64,000 nucleotides of DNA from an uncultured Actinomycetota bacterium (GTDB taxonomy: Bacteria; Actinomycetota; Actinomycetes; CAVWCF01): the NCBI GenBank assembly GCA_963753435.1, contig CAVWCF010000001.1, forward strand, positions 64,001 through 128,000, given 5' to 3'. The notes under the pieces are model-generated. The model ran no database searches. It had not been told where the DNA came from and saw nothing but the letters and a program-made list of their open reading frames with translations. A program made the translations under genes and the position numbers. Positions 60,210 to 64,000 of this stretch are shown here, piece after piece (the stretch's first letter is position 1; each line of letters begins with the position of its first letter).

Positions 60210-60845
60210 TCACACGCCCAGGTCGACACCCTTGAAGGCATCAAGGGCGTCGGCAGCGCCGTTTAGCTCAACCAGCGCGTGTTCGCGGCGACCGAACGCA
60301 TACATCGCCAACTCCGACGGCTTGCCGGTCAGCGTCACCGGGTTCGGCTTGTCGATCACCGTTGCCTCCCGTCCGTCCAGGGTGCGCAGCACTACTCCGA
60401 CGGGCGATGAGCGGAAGAAGACGCGTCCGCGCTTGCTGACGACGGCCCAGAGGAAGGCCTCGTCGGAGTCGCGCAGCTGCCGGGGCTCCCACCCGTCGGC
60501 AGCGCGGCGAACGTCCTCGTGATGGATGAAGTACTCCGCGCCGTTGGCCATCTCGTCGACCTTGCCGATCCGGAATCCCGACCACTTCGGCGGGCCGTTG
60601 CGCACCTGCGCCACCAGGTCGGGGTACGCGGTCGCGCTCACTGCTCGTTCGATGGCGGAGTCGTGGAGGTTGGCTAGCTTGTCTACGACGATGCCGATGC
60701 TGGCGAGCATGTTGCCTTCGCGGACCACCAGGTGGGCGGTCAACTCCGAACTCCGCCAGCCCTCGCAGAGGGTGGGGGCCTCGGGGCCCACCTTGTCGAG
60801 CAAATCAGCCAGGGCGGCACGTTCGGCCTGCGCAAGTGTCGTCAT
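60210..60845 (-). CDS. TIGR03085-type / mycothiol-dependent isomerase-like (DinB) metal-binding protein
   Basis: ER..L..L...GP.APTLCEGW...L.AHL..RE, E..IHHEDVRRA, G.P.EL...FGR. Confidence 0.85.
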   Translation of the reverse strand: MTTLAQAERAALADLLDKVGPEAPTLCEGWRSSELTAHLVVREGNMLASIGIVVDKLANLHDSAIERAVSATAYPDLVAQVRNGPPKWSGFRIGKVDEMANGAEYFIHHEDVRRAADGWEPRQLRDSDEAFLWAVVSKRGRVFFRSSPVGVVLRTLDGREATVIDKPNPVTLTGKPSELAMYAFGRREHALVELNGAADALDAFKGVDLGV

Positions 60846-60934
60846 GGGACGGAGGCTACGTACCCGTCCGATTCCGCGCATCTGCTGAGAGCGCGCCTAC
60901 GATCGGGATCCGATTCTCAACGGGGGAGGGCGCG

Positions 60935-61735
60935 GTGCCATTGCTGGAGCGTGGCGATGTCGCCATCCACTACGAAGTGCACGGGGGCGGCGACCCCGTG
61001 CTGCTCATGGGCGGTTGGGGGACGTACGGGCACGGCAACCTGCGCCACGCGCCGCGGGTGCTGCAGTCCGGCTACCGCCTGATCGTGTTCGACTACCGCG
61101 GCATCGGCGCCAGCACGGATGACACGGGTCCGGCGAGCATGCGCCGGCTCGCCGACGATGCTGCCGCTGTTCTGGACGAGGTCGATGCCGCAGCAGCCCA
61201 TGTGGTTGGCATCGTGGGGATGGGCGGCTGCATCGCCCAGGAACTGGCGATCCAGCGTCCCGAGTTGGTGCGGAGCCTCTTCCTGTCCGGAACCTGGGCC
61301 CGGGTTGATGCCGCCTTCGCCGATCTGATGGTGTCCTTCGTCGAGGCGCACCGGGACAGCGGTTTCGCGGCCTTCCAGCGACTCTGCGCCGCGACGGCGT
61401 TCGATCCCGACTTCTACTCGGACAATCGCGACCGCATCCTCGGCCCGGCCGGTGCCTGGAGTGACCTGGACGGGCACCTGGGGACCCACGAGCGGCTCAC
61501 GGAGGCGTGCTTGTCCCACGACACGATTGGGCGTCTGGGTGGGATCGACGTGCCGGCGCTGGTTCTGCATGCGGGCGCCGACGTGATCACTCCGCCACGC
61601 CTGACCCGCGCCCTGGCCGACGAACTGCCCAAAGTCGAGTCGCTGGAATGGCCGGACCTGGCGCACGTGGTCGCCGGGCGCCAGCAGCGCGCCCGCTTCG
61701 ACGGCCTGCTGGCGGACTTCCTTAACCGCGTCTGA
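60935..61735 (+). CDS. Alpha/beta-hydrolase-fold protein with an atypical nucleophile elbow
   Basis: [46 protein letters not shown] near the C-terminus; GGAGG RBS. Confidence 0.85.
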   Translation: MPLLERGDVAIHYEVHGGGDPVLLMGGWGTYGHGNLRHAPRVLQSGYRLIVFDYRGIGASTDDTGPASMRRLADDAAAVLDEVDAAAAHVVGIVGMGGCIAQELAIQRPELVRSLFLSGTWARVDAAFADLMVSFVEAHRDSGFAAFQRLCAATAFDPDFYSDNRDRILGPAGAWSDLDGHLGTHERLTEACLSHDTIGRLGGIDVPALVLHAGADVITPPRLTRALADELPKVESLEWPDLAHVVAGRQQRARFDGLLADFLNRV

Positions 61736-62130
61736 TGGCGCCGCGGTCGGACTGGGAGGATGTCGCCGTGACCGACCTGGACCCGGCCATCGGCGACCGG
61801 CTCAAGCGCGACCGCGACGGGCTCTTCTGTGCGGTGGCGCAGCAACACGACACCGGCGAAGTGCTCATGGTCGCCTGGATGGACGACGAGGCTCTAGCCC
61901 GCACGCTAAGTACGGGTTGGGCGACCTACTACTCCCGCAGCCGCGGTGAGTACTGGCGCAAGGGCGACACCTCCGGTCACACCCAGCGGGTGATCGCCGC
62001 CCGGCTTGACTGCGACGGCGACGCCGTCCTGTTGTCCGTCGATCAGACCGGCGCCGCCTGCCACACCGGCAATCGCACCTGCTTCTTCACTGAATTGCCC
62101 GTGGACGCATCGCCCGTGGACGCGCGGTGA
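61735..62130 (+). CDS. hisI: Phosphoribosyl-AMP cyclohydrolase
   Basis: VLM.AWM, YYSRSR..W.KG.TSG, DCDGD, ACHTG...CF. Confidence 0.97.
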   Translation: MAPRSDWEDVAVTDLDPAIGDRLKRDRDGLFCAVAQQHDTGEVLMVAWMDDEALARTLSTGWATYYSRSRGEYWRKGDTSGHTQRVIAARLDCDGDAVLLSVDQTGAACHTGNRTCFFTELPVDASPVDAR

Positions 62131-63671
62131 GTCGGCAGTCTCCGGACCTGCTGGCGGCGTTCGATCCCGAAGCCTCCTGCGCCCCCGACCTGGACACATT
62201 CCGCGAGCTCGCCGCGGACCGACGGGTGGTGCCGGTGGTGCGCCGACTGATCGTGGACGCCCTCACCCCGGTTGGCGTCTACGCCGCCCTGGCCGGTGAT
62301 CGACCGAACACGTTCTTGCTGGAGTCCGCCGAGCCGGACGGGGCGTTCAGCCGCTACTCGATAGTGGGCGCATCAGCGCCCGCGGTCTTGACCGAGCGCG
62401 ACGGCGCTGCGATCTGGTTGGGGACGCCACCGACTGGGGTGCCGCAGGGCGGCGACCCGTTGACCGTGCTGCGCGAAACGCTGGACTTTCTGCACACACC
62501 GCGATTCGCCGGTCTGCCGCCACTGACCGGCGGTCTCGTGGGCTTCCTGGCCTATGACGCCGTCCGGCGGTTGGAGCGCCTGCCCAGCCACGCCGAGGAC
62601 GACCTGAACCTGCCGGAGTTGGCCTTCCTGCTGGCCGTTGACCTGGCCGTGCTGGATCACTCCGATGGGAGTCTCCTGCTTATCGCCAACGCGGTGAACT
62701 GGGACAACAGTTCCAAGCGCATTGATGCGGCCTGGCGGGACGCCGTCTCGCGGCTCGATGCGATGGAGGCCGCGCTGGCTCAGCCGGTGCCGACGCACGC
62801 GGTCCGGCCACCGCTGGTGGCGCCGGAACCGCAGGTCCGGCGCCGGCGCAGCTCGACGGAGTACACGGCCGCGGTGGAAGAGGCGCGCGCGGCGATCGTT
62901 GCCGGCGAGGCGTTCCAGATCGTCATCTCGCAGCGGTTCGAGATGGAGTGCGGTGCCGACGCGCTGGACGTGTACCGGCGCCTGCGGGCCAGCAACCCCA
63001 GCCCGTACCTGTACTTGCTGCGGTTGGACGGGATGGACGTGGTCGGCTCCAGCCCAGAAGCATTGGTCAAGGTCGAAGGCGGACGCGCCCTGACCCGGCC
63101 GATCGCCGGAACCCGGTGGCGCGGCGCCACCCCGGCGGAGGACGCGCATCTGGCCGAGGAACTGCTGGCTGATGAGAAGGAGCGGGCCGAGCACCTGATG
63201 CTGGTCGACCTGGGCCGCAACGACCTCGGACGCGTCTGCCGGCCCGGTTCGGTCGAGGTGATCGACTTCATGACAGTCCGGCGGTACAGCCACGTCATGC
63301 ACATCGAGTCCACGGTCGTCGGGGACCTGGCCAAGGACTGCTCCGCTCTGGACGCGCTGCTGGCCTGCTTCCCGGCCGGCACGCTGTCCGGGGCCCCAAA
63401 GGTGCGGGCCATGGAACTCATCGATGAACTGGAACCGACGCGCCGCGGCCTCTATGGCGGCGTCGTCGGCTACGTGGATTTCGCCGGCGATCTGGATGCA
63501 GCCATCGCGATTCGGACTGCGGTCATTCGCGACGGGGTCGCCTATGTGCAGGCCGGCGCCGGGATCGTGGCTGATTCCGTCCCGGCCGCAGAGGACGCCG
63601 AATGCGCCAACAAGGCAGCGGCGGTCCTACGGGCGGTGGCCGCAGCCGAGTCACTTCGGCCCATCGGATGA
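62127..63671 (+). CDS. trpE: Anthranilate synthase component I
   Basis: [63 protein letters not shown]. Confidence 0.97.
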   Translation: MSRQSPDLLAAFDPEASCAPDLDTFRELAADRRVVPVVRRLIVDALTPVGVYAALAGDRPNTFLLESAEPDGAFSRYSIVGASAPAVLTERDGAAIWLGTPPTGVPQGGDPLTVLRETLDFLHTPRFAGLPPLTGGLVGFLAYDAVRRLERLPSHAEDDLNLPELAFLLAVDLAVLDHSDGSLLLIANAVNWDNSSKRIDAAWRDAVSRLDAMEAALAQPVPTHAVRPPLVAPEPQVRRRRSSTEYTAAVEEARAAIVAGEAFQIVISQRFEMECGADALDVYRRLRASNPSPYLYLLRLDGMDVVGSSPEALVKVEGGRALTRPIAGTRWRGATPAEDAHLAEELLADEKERAEHLMLVDLGRNDLGRVCRPGSVEVIDFMTVRRYSHVMHIESTVVGDLAKDCSALDALLACFPAGTLSGAPKVRAMELIDELEPTRRGLYGGVVGYVDFAGDLDAAIAIRTAVIRDGVAYVQAGAGIVADSVPAAEDAECANKAAAVLRAVAAAESLRPIG

Positions 63672-64000
63672 GCGAGCGCCTGCGGCGTTGGGCGCCGGCC
63701 GGTGTGGTGCTGGCCGGAGCAGCTCTGGTCGGGCTCGGCGGACGGCCGTGGGCAGCAGAGTTGCCGGTGATCACGGCAGTCGGCTGGGCAGTTGCGGCGG
63801 CCGGGTTGTTGGCGTGGTTCGTGGGTGCCTTCCTGCGGCGGGCGGTGGGCGCGGTTGCTGCGGTCCTTCTGCTCCTGGCGCTCGGGGTGGCGGTGGGATC
63901 CGGTGGCGGCGCTTGGATGGTCGCGGCGGTGTTTGCCGCGATCCTCGGTCTGCTGTGCGCGGCTGCTCTCGTGACCCAAGCGCCGCCGCGTGGCCGCACC
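63668..64000 (+). CDS. Membrane protein, probably Trp-biosynthesis-associated (partial)
   Basis: ATGA overlap with trpE; open hydrophobic frame [17 protein letters not shown]... to the window end; typical position after trpE. Confidence 0.55.
   Translation, partial: MSERLRRWAPAGVVLAGAALVGLGGRPWAAELPVITAVGWAVAAAGLLAWFVGAFLRRAVGAVAAVLLLLALGVAVGSGGGAWMVAAVFAAILGLLCAAALVTQAPPRGRT

Overview
High-GC actinobacterial chromosome segment with three parts. (1) 1-623: 5' end of a MoxR AAA ATPase gene. (2) ~729-23578: a ~23 kb, 22-gene accessory catabolic cluster lying between moxR and mraZ. It encodes FadR- and IclR-type regulators, two class III CoA-transferases, two MmgE/PrpD proteins, three MaoC dehydratases, a Cys-less thiolase with a DUF35 partner, acyl-CoA dehydrogenase and synthetase, a CitE-type lyase, an LLM oxidoreductase, a triple-Rid protein, a cyclase, a cyclic amidohydrolase and a His-rich bicupin. 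The substrate is unknown, and this cluster is the best candidate for an undescribed system. (3) 23.7-64 kb: core housekeeping DNA. It contains the full dcw cluster (mraZ-divIVA, with MraZ boxes and an mraW RNA motif), T-box-controlled type-2 ileS carrying a GTHH motif, a DksA-like gene with 17 KKAPA repeats, lspA, a pseudouridine synthase, dnaE, ybaK, the his genes (interrupted by ung, a PPOX gene and a Ser-less alpha/beta hydrolase) and trpE. murC, ftsZ and the dksA-like gene carry single-base indels that look like sequencing or assembly errors. No rRNA, tRNA, CRISPR, integrase or IS was seen. All assignments come from motif recognition by eye; no database searches were run.
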